Shown: positions 26,921-41,211, counted from the stretch's first letter. The stretch: 64,000 nucleotides of DNA from Eledone cirrhosa (GCA_964016885.1 OZ024740.1:11780001-11844000); one strand, 5' to 3'. Notes: generated from the letters alone by a model not told the origin. Numbers and translations are program-made.

Positions 26921-27120
26921 NNNNNNNNNNNNNNNNNNNNNNNNNNNNNNNNNNNNNNNNNNNNNNNNNNNNNNNNNNNNNNNNNNNNNNNNNNNNNNNN
27001 NNNNNNNNNNNNNNNNNNNNNNNNNNNNNNNNNNNNNNNNNNNNNNNNNNNNNNNNNNNNNNNNNNNNNNNNNNNNNNNNNNNNNNNNNNNNNNNNNNNN
27101 NNNNNNNNNNNNNNNNNNNN
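26921..27120. other. Assembly gap (200 N)
   Basis: Run of N. Confidence 1.
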
Positions 27121-29996
27121 CGTATATTACTGTTACACATCCAGCGGAGCATGCAAGCTTCGTTCCTCTCTAGTCTGCGTATATCCTCTGCACACAATGC
27201 CCAGGTCTCACTGCCATGCAGCATTGCTGTTCGTATGCAGGCATCGTACAACCTGCCTTTCATTTTTAGTGAGAACCCTTTAGCAGCTAATAGTGGTATA
27301 AGCTCTCTGAACTTTTTCCAACCAGTTCTGACTCTAGCTACAGTACTTTCAGAGCACCCTCCTCCACTGCTGATTTTATCGCCCAGGTAACGGAAGCTGT
27401 CCACTATTTCTATAGAACCCTCTGCGCAATTGAAAGAGCTAGTAGTTTGTGGGCACTTGCTGCTACTTATTGCACCAGAGCACCGGTCACATGTAAAATC
27501 TATGTTCTTAGTTAGCCTACCTGTGATCCCACTACATCTTTTATGCACCCATACTTTGCATTTAGGACATAAAATGGAGTTTCTACCTACGCCTTTCCTA
27601 CACACCGAGCACGACCATTTCCCAGAAGGGACCGCCGCCTTGTTTTCTTTCCTACAAACTAGTACTTTGGTCTTAGCCAGGTTAATTTTAAGTCCTTTTG
27701 ACTCTAGGCCGTGCTTCCATGTTTGGAATTTCTTCTCTAGCTCGGCCATTGATTCCGCTATGAGTGTCAGGTCGTCTGCGTATAGGAGTTCCCATGGGCA
27801 GCCTGTCTTGAACTCCTCTGTTATGGCCTGAAGGGCAATAATAAATAGTAGTGGACTGAGAACAGAGCCCTGATGGACGCCGACTTTTACGCTAAACTCT
27901 TCACTATATTCGTTGTTAATTCTAACCTTGCTGACTGTTTCTTTATACATGGCTTGTATAGCCCTCACAAGCCATTCGTCAACGCCTAGTTTTCTAAGAG
28001 CCCACCAGATAATGGAGCGGGGGACTCTGTCGAAGGCTTTCTCCAAGTCGACAAAAGCTAAGTAGAGGGGTTTACCTTTAGCTAGGTACTTCTCTTGTAG
28101 TTGTCGTACTATGAAAAGAGCGTCTGTGGTACTTTTGCCTGACACAAACCCGAACTGCATTTCATCTAGGTCAATTCTCTCTCTGATTAGCTGCGCTATT
28201 ACTCTTTCCGTGACCTTCATGACCTGGTCGATTAATTTAATGCCTCTATAGTTACTCCTATCTAGGGCGTCTCCTTTACCCTTATAACAGTTAATGATGA
28301 TGCTGCTATGCCAGTCCTTCGGAACAACCCCGTTTTGTACGACTTGGTTAACTATGCGGGTGACCATGGTGTGTCCCACCGTGCCAGATGCCTTCAGCAT
28401 CTCAGCAACTATTTCCGAAGGCCCAGCCGCCTTACCAGTCTTCATATCCTTGATTGCCTTACTTATTATACTCCCCTCGACTAACACTGCTGGTCCCTCT
28501 ATTGGGTCGATATGGGGGAGACTGCCTTTCTCCCAATTATTCTCCTCATTTAGAAGCCTTTCATAGTGACACTTCCAAGCTACCTTCTTATCAGCGTCGG
28601 TGATGGCAAGTGTGCCATCGTCGTTTAGTACACACTTCTCCCCGACAATATCACGGTTTTCCTTGACGCATTGCCTAGCAATCCTGAACACCTCACGTTT
28701 TTGGTCATCGCGTTGTAGAACATGCTTGAACTTTCTTTCCTCAGCTTCCCTTCTTGCTAAGTACACTTGTCTCCTAGCTTCCCTCCTGGCCACTTGATAG
28801 TCCTCTCTACTTCCCCCATCCCGCCATACTTTCCAAGCCTGCTTTTTGGCCTTAATTGACCCCTCCACCTTACTGTTCCACCACCATGTTACTCTCCTCC
28901 TGCCTACAGGCCTGCTCCAGCCACAGACCTCGTCTGTCGCCAACAGCAGGTTTGCTTTCAGAAATTCCCACTCTCCCTCTATATTGTCCGACTCTAAATG
29001 TTCTTCCTTACTGTCGAAAGCATCAAGTAATATGCTTTGAAATTTATTCCTGGCTGTGGGGTCCTTTAACTTCCATATTTTCCTCCTGAGGATAGTCCTC
29101 TTCTGTTGTCGAGTACGTCTCGTCCTGACTATGAGGTCGCTAATTATCAGTCTATGTTGGGAGGTGCATTCTTCATGGGGGAGGGATTTAGTGTTAACAA
29201 CAGACACTCTGTCACGTCTTCTGGTAAGGATATAATCTACCTGGCTTGTGTGTTCCCCGGATCTATAGGTGATCAGGTGATTGTCACGTTTTTTGAAGTT
29301 AGTGTTACAGATAGTTAGGTTATTTGCATCACAGAATTCCAGGATTCTGGAGCCTTCCTCATTTCTAGTACCAAACCCATAGCCTCCATGGATTTCGTCG
29401 TAGCCGTCACAATGTTGTCCAACGTGACCATTTAGGTCGCCTGCGATAATAATATAGTCACTGTCGGATATTTGGGAGGTACTTAGCATCAGTGTCTCAT
29501 AGAATCTGTCTTTTATAGTGCCGGGCAGTCCGGATTGGGGTGCGTACGCAGATATTACTGTCACCGTAGTTCTATTGAGGACAAGTCGTATTTTAATTAT
29601 TCTGTCGTTCACTCTATTTACGTCTATTATCTTATCTGCCCACTTTTCTGCTACCATGATTCCTACTCCACCCAGCCCATCGTCGTTTCCCACCCAGAAA
29701 AGCTTATAACAACGTTTTTTACCCTCAATGAACCTAGCAGACCCACCCCTCCACCTGGTCTCTTGAATACAACAAACATCGACCTCCTTACGTTCAAGCA
29801 TTTCTACAACCTCGTTAGCGCGACCCTTTAGGGTGCCTACATTTATGGTACCAACTCTGAAGTTTTGGATTGCGTTTGGGGGTTGGGGGCGGTGAGGGGC
29901 GGGGGGCGATGGTGTTATGTTAGCCGTCCGCGGTCGAAACAATGAGGAGTGCTCGCATTCTCGTCCAAGGGGTGAATTTGTCTTTATCTTTGGCAT
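27121..29996 (-). CDS. RTE ORF (APE + RT + PHD finger), partial; start at ATG 29996 or 30056
   Basis: Same motif order as 23483-26602, with no stop before the gap. Confidence 0.88.
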
Positions 29997-30485
29997 TGTC
30001 GCTGAGCGTCCAGATTTTTCTCTCTCACCTCCACTCTCCAGGATTCCGCAGTCCATCCATCCATCATATATCGTATATCGAAAGGCAACCAGGCAAGCGA
30101 TAGTATAGGCCTCTGGTTTCTGATTGGTCCGCGTAATAATACTGGTGATACGTGGGGGCTGTTTTATGATTGGTCCACGTAATAGCAATGGTGGTGTGTG
30201 GGGGTGGGAGGGAGGGGTGTTGGGTAGCTAGCAAGAAGGTAATGATTGAGATGTGTCTATGCATTTAACAAGCGATTAACAAAAATACAAAATTTGTTCA
30301 GTTAAATACGTCCAAAAACCTAAACGTATTTAGCACTTAATAGGAACAGAAAATGTAGTTTGTTTTAGCGATAGAATGGCTATTTGGACTTGAAATACGA
30401 AATGAGAGAGAGAGAGGAGAGAGAGATGAAGTCTGTACCTTACGTTTACATGATTTTCGTTCGGACAGCAGGCAAAGAAATGAAA
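27121..30485 (-). mobile_element. RTE LINE family A, 5'-complete, 3' end lost in the gap
   Basis: 5' UTR ~30000-30485 abuts (TA)n. The ORF is open up to the gap. Confidence 0.9.
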
Positions 30486-30514
30486 TATACATATATATAT
30501 ATATACATATATAT

Positions 30515-30563
<49 letters not shown>

Positions 30564-30566
30564 TAT

Positions 30567-31010
30567 GGTGGCTGCCAACTCGTTTTCGAGTACGGCCACT
30601 ACTTTATATCCATGTAGGAGAACCCCTACCGATGCGCTGAACGAGTGTGAATTTTTAGTCCAGCCAGCGACTTGAAAACTCTGGTACAAACACTACACTT
30701 GTGACAATTATTGACACAGTGCTGGGCCCATGGTACCATGTGACGGCAAGTGCAGAGAGATCTCCAGATATAAAGCAATGCCTGTGCCGTGAAGCTTTTA
30801 TAGTGAGCAAAGGCACTGCACAAAGCCAGTTCCACTCTCTTAACCAAGATGATATTTACCAAAAAGAAGAACAAGTCAACATCATTGGATACCATCAGGG
30901 TTGCAGGTGTTATATCAGAGTTTTCCTTCTCCTAGAATTCTGCCTTGACAAAGGCTAAGGTGTCATCTCTCCCAGTGATTTTGGATGGCCATTGACTCTT
31001 AAGAGCTCCT
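30567..31010 (-). mobile_element. Bipartite RTE-derived non-autonomous element
   Basis: Reverse complement of 14468-14893 extended ~20 bp at the 5' end, with TA arrays on both sides. Confidence 0.7.
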
Positions 31011-31164
31011 ACATATATATATACATATATATATACATATATATATACATATATATATACATACATATATACATATATATATACATACATATATACATAT
31101 ATATATACATACATATATACATATATATATACATACATAAATACATATATATATACATAAATAC

Positions 31165-31197
<33 letters not shown>

Positions 31198-31218
31198 CAT
31201 ACATATACATACATATAC

Positions 31219-31249
<31 letters not shown>

Positions 31250-31264
31250 TACATATACATACAT

Positions 31265-31299
<35 letters not shown>

Positions 31300-31306
31300 C
31301 ATACAT

Positions 31307-31339
<33 letters not shown>

Positions 31340-31404
31340 CATACATATATATATATATATACATACATACATATATATATATATATACATACATATACAT
31401 ACAT
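31011..31404. repeat. (TA)n/(CATA)n microsatellite
   Basis: Direct observation. Confidence 0.95.
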
Positions 31405-33408
31405 ACCCCATGTAGACCCTATAGAGGGACCAGCAGTACAAGTCAGCGGCAGCGTAGTAAGTAAGGCAATCAGAGATATGTAGATGGGGAAGGCAACCGG
31501 TCCATCGGGTATAGCTGCCGAGATGCTGAAGGCATCCGGGTCTGTAGGTCACACTATAACCACACGTATCGTTAACCAGGTAATACTAGAAGGGGCCATA
31601 CCAAAAGATTGGTGCAGTAGCATCATTGTCAACTGCTACAAAGGTAAAGGCGATGCACTAGATAGAGGAAACTATAGAGGTATAAAGTTGATGGACCAGG
31701 TCATGAAAGTAACAGAAAGAGTTATAGCACAGCTGATTAGGGACTGGGTGAATATAGACGAGATGCAATTTGGGTTTGTACCAGGGAGAAGCACCACTGA
31801 TGCCCTCTTCCTTGTGAGGCAATTACAGGAAAAGTACCTAGCTAAAAGTAAGCCACTCTACTTGGCATTTGTCGACCTTGAGAAAGCCTTTGACAGAGTT
31901 CCACGTGCAGTAATCTGGTGGGCTCTTAGAAAACTAGGAGTAGATGAATGGCTTGTGAAAGTGGTACAAGCCATGTATAGGGGAGCAGTCAGCAAAGTTA
32001 GGATTAGCAATGAGTATAGCGAGGAATTTAGCGTACAGGTTGGGGTCCACCAGGGCTCTGTTCTTAGCCCTCTCCTGTTCATCATAGTCCTGCAGGCAAT
32101 AACGGAGGAGTTTAAGACCGAATGCCCATGGGAACTCCTGTATGCTGATGACCTCGCACTCATAGCTGAATCTATGGTAGAACTAGAGAATAAATTCCAA
32201 ACCTGGAAGCAGTGACTAGAGAGAAAGGGCCTCAAAGTCAACATGACAAAGACTAAGGTCCTTGTAAGTAGACGAGAAAACAGAACCCAGATCCCCTCAG
32301 GGAAATGGCCTTGCTCAGTATGTAGGAAAGGTGTAGGTAGGAACTCCATTCTCTGCTCCAAATGCAAACAATGGGTACACAAGAGATGTAGCGGGATCTC
32401 AGGAAGCTTAATTAAGAATGTAGGATTCACATGCAGCAGCTGTGCTGAAACAGCAAGCAAACAGCCACAGGAAACAAGTACCACCAATCTCTGGGAGGGC
32501 CCTGTAGAAACAGTAGACAGGTTCTGCTACCTAGGTGACCGAATTAGCAACGGAGGTGGGTGCTCAGAAAGTACAATAACTAGGGTAAGAACGGGATGGA
32601 AGAAGTTCAGGGAACTACTGCCACTGCTAGCTGCAAAAGGCTTCTCCCTCAGAATGAAAGGCAGACTGTATGATGCGTGTATCCGAACAGCGATGTTGCA
32701 TGGTAGTGAGACCTGGGCGATGAAGGTGGAAGACTTACGTAGATTAGAGAGAAACGAAGCCTGCATGCTCCGATGGATGTGTAACAGTAATATACGTGAA
32801 CGACAAAGCATAAAGGAATTGAGAGAGAGACTGAGCATAAGAGGAATCAAATGCTGCGTGCAGGAGAGGCGGTTACGCTGGTATGGACATGTGATGCGTA
32901 TGAAGGATGACAGCTGCATAAAAAGGTGCAGAGCACTAGAAGTTGATGGAAACCGCGGAGTGGGGAGACCCAAGATGACTTGGGATGAGGTGATAAAAGC
33001 CGACCTTACCCAACTACACCTCTCAAAGACAATGACACACGACCGTGACTTCTGGCGTCACGCAGTAATACAGGGTACCCGACCTCCCATGGGTACATGC
33101 TGAAGCATATAAACAATATGCCCCCACTCCCCCCACCGCAAGGTGGTCGTGGAGGTGCCACGGCAAAAAAGCACCCAGCCCACACTGTAAAGTGGACGTG
33201 TAGGCGCCAGGAAAAAGCACCCAGCACTCACTGTAAATGAGGTTGGTGATAGGAAGGGCATCCAGCTGTAGAAATCAAGCCAGATAAGTTCCTGTATGAG
33301 CAAGGCATGGTCAGCCGACCAGACACAGCCCTCAACAGGACAACCCGTCTAACCCATGCTAGCGTGGAAGAACGGACGTAAAACAGTGATGATGATGATG
33401 ATGATGAT
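31405..33408 (+). mobile_element. 5'-truncated RTE family B copy
   Basis: Near-identical to 24905-26908, with a premature TGA at 32213 and a (GAT)n tail. Confidence 0.92.
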
Positions 33409-33852
33409 ATATATATACATACATATACATACATATATATATATACATATACATACATATATATATATATATATATACATACATATACATACATATACAT
33501 ATATATATACATACATATACATACATATACATATATATATACATACATATACATACATATACATATATATATACATACATATACATACATATACATATAT
33601 ATATACATACATATACATACATATACATATATATATACATACATATACATGCATATACATATATATATACATACATATACATGCATATATATATATATAT
33701 ATATACATACATATACATACATATACATATATATACATACATATACATATATATACATATATATACATACATATATATACATATATATACATACATATAT
33801 ATACATATATACATATATATATATACATATATACATACATATATATATATAC

Positions 33853-33887
<35 letters not shown>

Positions 33888-33957
33888 CATATATATATAT
33901 ACATACATATACATATATACATACATATACATATATACATACATATACATATATACA

Positions 33958-33988
<31 letters not shown>

Positions 33989-34010
33989 ATACATACATAT
34001 ATATATATAC

Positions 34011-34044
<34 letters not shown>

Positions 34045-34386
34045 ACATACATATATATATATACATGCATATATATATATACATACATATATATATATAC
34101 ATACATATATATATATACATACATATATATATATATACATACATATATATATATATATACATACATATATATATATATACATACATATATATATATACAT
34201 ACATATATATATATACATACATATATATATATACATACATATATATATATACATACATATATATATATATACATACATATATATACATATACATACATAT
34301 ATATACATATACATACATATATATATATATACATACATATATATACATATACATACATATATATACATATACATACATATATATAC

Positions 34387-34419
<33 letters not shown>

Positions 34420-34420
34420 C

Positions 34421-34495
<75 letters not shown>

Positions 34496-34584
34496 CATAT
34501 ATACATACATATATACATACATATACATATATACATATATATACATATATACCTATATATACATATATACCTATATATATATAC

Positions 34585-34617
<33 letters not shown>

Positions 34618-34644
34618 CATACATATATATATATATATACATAC

Positions 34645-34681
<37 letters not shown>

Positions 34682-34686
34682 CATAC

Positions 34687-34735
<49 letters not shown>

Positions 34736-34764
34736 CACATATATATATATATATACATACATAC

Positions 34765-34795
<31 letters not shown>

Positions 34796-34806
34796 CATAT
34801 ATATAC

Positions 34807-34887
<81 letters not shown>

Positions 34888-34950
34888 CATATATATATAC
34901 ATATATATATATACATATATATACATATATATATACATATATATATATAC

Positions 34951-34989
<39 letters not shown>

Positions 34990-35046
34990 CATATATATAT
35001 ACATATATATATATACATATATATATACATACATATATATATATAC

Positions 35047-35083
<37 letters not shown>

Positions 35084-35135
35084 CATACATATATACATAA
35101 TATACATACATATATATACATATATATATATATAT
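33409..35135. repeat. 1.7-kb (TA)n/(CATA)n array
   Basis: Direct observation. Confidence 0.95.
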
Positions 35136-37330
35136 TTATTAAAATAACAGATTAAAGTTTAAGCAAAGAATCGCTGCTTTCACCCTTAACAGGATCTTCT
35201 GAAACTAACAAAGTCAATCTGTAAACGCAGAACTGGATGTTTCAAAAAACGTTGCAACCGGAGGAAGACAGGAAGACGATACTTTGGTTCGTGGTAACGT
35301 TCGCTGTCAAAGAACGGGAAAAAACGAATAATACGTCATTAATAGGAGCGGTGAAAAACAATTACGCGCAAAGACAAAACCACGTTTATGGTATAAAAGA
35401 GGTCGTAGACTAATGTTCTCTTAGGTGGTGCATAGAGACGTTCTCTGGCAATGAACGAAAAAACGAAGATAATAAGTCATATGTGGAGCGTGGAGAACAA
35501 TAGCACGCAAAGACAAAACCACGTAAATGGTATAGCAGAAGTTGTAGACTAAAATTCTAACTAGGAGACCAAATGAATCTCCGCTACAGAGTTAAGAACA
35601 AAGTAAATAAATACAATACAGAAGTAATAGAAACAAATAAATACATACACGCAAACAGATACGTACATACACAAGCATACGCAAAACCTTACCATAGGTA
35701 TACAAAACCACGCACATATAAATATGTGTAGGTGTGTATGCTTATGTACAAATAAATAAATAAATATATAAACGTATATAAGTAAATAAATACGTATATA
35801 ACAAGCGCACACACATACCTACAAATAAATACACGAATGTTCGGAGACATAAGTCAACTAAAACAAGAAGTACACATATACACACACCCACCATACGTAC
35901 GAACCTGCATACTCACGCAGACGCAAAACTCCCGTATACACATAGCCAAACCCTAAATACCAGAATATGTAAAAATTATACTCCATAACAGTCAAATATA
36001 CGTACGAGAAGGTATACATACCTTCACAAAACATACAGGTAATATATACTTACCTATGCAAATAAGTAAAGGAATAAACAAAACATATACTTAGCTCCCA
36101 CATCAAGACGTAAACATCCACGTATAGATCGTGCTATCCGTTAGGGTATAACGTGGGGCTGTAATACAGGAAAGTTTTGTGCAATTTATGTTTACAAGCC
36201 GAAATTGCCTCAGATTTTTTGTTTAAGATGAGGTCTGTGGCGTAGAGTATTTCCAGGGCCTCAGCGGCACAGAGGTCACATGGTCTTTTATTTCCGTTAT
36301 ACGATCTAGCCCTAGCTAGGATCTCCCAGTGTAACTTATATTGGGTGTGGTTGTCTTTTAGACTCCAGATATAAGCTGAAAGTGACGTCATATTCCTTCT
36401 TAGAGGGTAACGAAAAGAATGGGTATGCATGTAAAGACGCTGCTTGAAACTATTGGCGGTTAACCCTATGTAGGCCCTACGGGACGTGGGTGTTACAACC
36501 TTACATTTGTAGACAATGTTACTAGAGAGGCATTTCCCAGATAGGGGACAATCAGCCCGATTCCTACAATTACAGTTAGTACTAACTACAGGGTTGCATG
36601 TGTTCCTACGGCTAGGTAGTTTAGCTAAATTTGAAGCTGATGTTATGTGCAAGGTTAGGAGTCGTAGATTAAGAAATTTTAATAGTATTTTTATTAAAAA
36701 TTTTACTATATTTATGTGTAGGGGGAAAATGCTTCGTAATAAGGGAAAGAAAGATCTTAGCTAATGGTGTGGCCACCTCCATATTATATGGTGGGTTAAA
36801 CCAACAAATGCGACGGGATCTATTTCTTCTAGGTCTATTTTCGTACTCTGTATATGCTACCTTATCGACAAATCCACTTCGAGCAAGAGCTTCATTGTAA
36901 TAAGTGGAATGGTCGTTGAAAATGCGCTCGTTGGTGGAAAGACGGGAAAGCCTCAACGAAACGTTTCTTACCAGGTTCTTGGTTATGCTGGCAGGATGGT
37001 TGGAATGCTTACTTATGTAATTAAGCGTATCATTCGGCTTTCTATACGGGTAATACAACCCATTCAATAAATTGAGGGTAACGTCGAGGTAATTAACGAC
37101 CGAGAGATTGGCCTCAACCTGTATAGAGAGGTTGAAACCTTTAAAGAAGGCTGTGAGTTCTTTTCTGAACCTGTCGCAAGCACGAGGTCTGCACTTAGTC
37201 ATGGTCAAAAGACCATCGTCACGGTACAAACCACCGCCCGCGTTGGTGAATTCGTCCTTGATAGAGAAAAGAAGGAAAAGGCCAATAAGATCAGTAACCA
37301 CCGCAGTCACTGGTGCCTATACTCACGTCT
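35136..37330 (-). mobile_element. 5'-truncated Penelope-like element (Naiad-like), RT C-terminus + GIY-YIG; pseudogenised
   Basis: GLYRDDGL, NYLDVTLNL, SNHP, WFNPPY, KHFP, CNC-x5-CPLSGKC and NIVYKC...AYIGLT...R. TAA plus a frameshift near 36669. ~1 kb non-coding 3' region. Confidence 0.85.
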
Positions 37331-37371
37331 ATATATACATATATATACATATATACATACATATATATACA

Positions 37372-37399
<28 letters not shown>

Positions 37400-37402
<3 letters not shown>

Positions 37403-37870
37403 CATCATCATCATCATCATCATCATCAGGTTTAGCGTCCGTGTTCCACGCTTGCATGGGTTTGGACGGGGGTTTTCCCACTTGAGGCAAGAGTGATTGT
37501 CTTGCTCGCATAGGACTGTCTGGCGGGTTTTCTACAGTTGGATGCCCTTCCTAACACCAACCACATTTACAGTGTGGGGCTGGGAGGTTTTTACCGTGTT
37601 GCCTACACGGCCACATTACAGCGTGGACTGTCTGGCGGGTTTTCTACAGTTGGATGCCCTTCCTAACACCAACCACATTTACAGTGTGGGACTGGGAGGT
37701 TTTTACCGTGTTGCCTACACGGCCACATTTACAGCGTGGACTGTGTGTTTTTTGTCGTGACACCTACACGATCTCATTTGTTTCGGCCTGGATGTTGTGG
37801 GACCAACATAACTGTACATTGAAAGGGGTGGTGTGGATGGGGTGGAGGTGGTGGGACGGGGGGGTGTTTT
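37400..37870 (-). mobile_element. RTE family A variant 3' UTR with an internal 112-bp duplication
   Basis: (CAT)n tail and duplicated ggactgtctggcgggttttctacag block at 37513 and 37625. Same structure at 47340-47820. Confidence 0.85.
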
Positions 37871-38257
37871 GATTTAACCGATACCACTCAATATGCAAAT
37901 TAGGCTGCTCAGCCGTTAATTTTCATAAGGAAAGTATATACTTTCGAACGTTCAACTATCTGGCAGATGGGTAAACGGTGCTGATGATAGCTAACAAGCT
38001 TGAAACTAGTACATCGTTCCTGTGTCAGTGTTGAACAAAAAGGTGACGTGGTTGCCTTAACACCGCATGGCATAAATTCAGGCTGTTCAGTTTGTTTACA
38101 AACGAACAAAGCGACGTTAGCGCCGCTAAACTGATACGTGCATATATGTATGTGTACCTGTATGCATATGTATATATATATGTATATATATATATATATA
38201 TGTGCATGCTACTGTACGTCTGTATACATATATGTATGTACGTATACATGCATACTT
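37871..38257 (+). mobile_element. Solo partial copy of the 466-bp hammerhead-containing unit (inverted relative to the array)
   Basis: Reverse complement of most of the 39511-39976 unit, with a few substitutions. Confidence 0.85.
37974..38018 (+). ncRNA. Minimal type I hammerhead ribozyme
   Basis: aacggtg-CTGATGA-t-agct-aaca-agct-t-GAAA-ctag-TA-catcgtt: 7-bp stem I, 4-bp stem II, palindromic ACTAGT stem III and GUA cleavage triplet (38009-38011). Confidence 0.8.
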
Positions 38258-39099
<842 letters not shown>

Positions 39100-39427
39100 A
39101 TCATCATCATCACCGTTTTACGTCCGTTCTTCCACGCTAGCATGGGTTAGACGGGTTGTCCTGTTGTGGGCAGTGTCTGGTCGGCTGACCATGCCTTGCT
39201 AATACAGGAACTGATCTGGCTTGATTTCTACAGCTGGATGCCCTTCCTAACACCAACCTCATTTACAGTGAGTGCTGGGTGCTTTTTTGCCGTGGCACCT
39301 CCACGACCACCTTGCGGTGGGGGGGGGGGGCATATTGTTTATATGCTTCAGCATGTACCCATGGGAGGTCGGGTACCCTGTATTACTGCGTGACGCCAGA
39401 AGTCACGGTCGTGTGTCATTGACTTTG
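39100..39427 (-). mobile_element. RTE family B 3' fragment with a small internal deletion
   Basis: Reverse complement of ~26523-26895, lacking the segment between two gctgggtgcttttt repeats. Confidence 0.85.
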
Positions 39428-39813
39428 ATATATATATATATATATATACATATATATATACATATATATGTGTCATTGACTTTGATATATATATATATAT
39501 ACATATATATATAAATTAAAACAAAATGAAAACAAAATTTCATTTCTCACTCTTAGTATGGCACTTACTTAAATGTAAGTATGCATGTATACGTACATAC
39601 ATATATGTATACAGACGTACAGTAGCATGCACATATATATATATATATACATATATATATACATATGCATACAGGTACACATACATATATGCACGTATCA
39701 GTTTAGCGGCGCTAACGTCGCTTTGTTCGTTTGTAAACAAACTGAACAGCCTGAATTTATGCCATACGGTGTTAAGGCAACCACGTCACCTTTTTGTTCA
39801 ACACTGACACAGG

Positions 39814-39858
39814 AACAATGTACTAGTTTCAAGCTTGTTAGCTATCATCAGCACCGTT
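39814..39858 (-). ncRNA. Minimal type I hammerhead ribozyme, array copy 1
   Basis: Same motif as 37974-38018. One stem I change (G-C to G-U) keeps pairing. Confidence 0.78.
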
Positions 39859-40279
39859 TACCCATCTGCCAGATAGTTGAACGTTCGAAAGTATATACTT
39901 TCCTTATGAAAATTAACGGCTGAGCTGCCTAATTTGCATATTGAGTGAGTTAAATCGGTCAGGCATACCGAAAACGATAAATTAAAACAAAATGAAAACA
40001 AAATTTCATTTCTCACTCTTAGTATGGCACTTACTTAAATGTAAGTATGCATGTATACGTACATACATATATGTATACAGACGTACAGTAGCATGCACAT
40101 ATATATATATATATACATATATATATACATATGCATACAGGTACACATACATATATGCACGTATCAGTTTAGCGGCGCTAACGTCGCTTTGTTCGTTTGT
40201 AAACAAACTGAACAGCCTGAATTTATGCCATACGGTGTTAAGGCAACCACGTCACCTTTTTGTTCAACACTGACACAGG

Positions 40280-40324
40280 AACGATGTACTAGTTTCAAGC
40301 TTGTTAGCTATCATCAGCACCGTT
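40280..40324 (-). ncRNA. Minimal type I hammerhead ribozyme, array copy 2
   Basis: Reverse complement of 37974-38018. Confidence 0.8.
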
Positions 40325-40745
40325 TACCCATCTGCCAGATAGTTGAACGTTCGAAAGTATATACTTTCCTTATGAAAATTAACGGCTGAGCTGCCTAATT
40401 TGCATATTGAGTGAGTTAAATCGGTCAGGCATACCGAAAACGATAAATTAAAACAAAATGAAAACAAAATTTCATTTCTCACTCTTAGTATGGCACTTAC
40501 TTAAATGTAAGTATGCATGTATACGTACATACATATATGTATACAGACGTACAGTAGCATGCACATATATATATATATATACATATATATATACATATGC
40601 ATACAGGTACACATACATATATGCACGTATCAGTTTAGCGGCGCTAACGTCGCTTTGTTCGTTTGTAAACAAACTGAACAGCCTGAATTTATGCCATACG
40701 GTGTTAAGGCAACCACGTCACCTTTTTGTTCAACACTGACACAGG

Positions 40746-40790
40746 AACGATGTACTAGTTTCAAGCTTGTTAGCTATCATCAGCACCGTT
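40746..40790 (-). ncRNA. Minimal type I hammerhead ribozyme, array copy 3
   Basis: Reverse complement of 37974-38018. Confidence 0.8.
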
Positions 40791-41211
40791 TACCCATCTG
40801 CCAGATAGTTGAACGTTCGAAAGTATATACTTTCCTTATGAAAATTAACGGCTGAGCTGCCTAATTTGCATATTGAGTGAGTTAAATCGGTCAGGCATAC
40901 CGAAAACGATAAATTAAAACAAAATGAAAACAAAATTTCATTTCTCACTCTTAGTATGGCACTTACTTAAATGTAAGTATGCATGTATACGTACATACAT
41001 ATATGTATACAGACGTACAGTAGCATGCACATATATATATATATATACATATATATATACATATGCATACAGGTACACATACATATATGCACGTATCAGT
41101 TTAGCGGCGCTAACGTCGCTTTGTTCGTTTGTAAACAAACTGAACAGCCTGAATTTATGCCATACGGTGTTAAGGCAACCACGTCACCTTTTTGTTCAAC
41201 ACTGACACAGG

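Noticed and set aside
26850-27390. ORFs spanning the N run
   Set aside because: Artefact of translating through the assembly gap.
35155-35210. Hammerhead-like string at the PLE 3' end (minus strand: CAGAAGA...GAAA)
   Set aside because: The core has U4 changed to A and the stems are out of register by extra bases. It is too degenerate to call, though it may be a relic.
36660-36675. In-frame stop in the Naiad-like ORF as possible selenocysteine recoding
   Set aside because: The codon is TAA at a position normally Tyr, not TGA at a Cys, and a frameshift follows.
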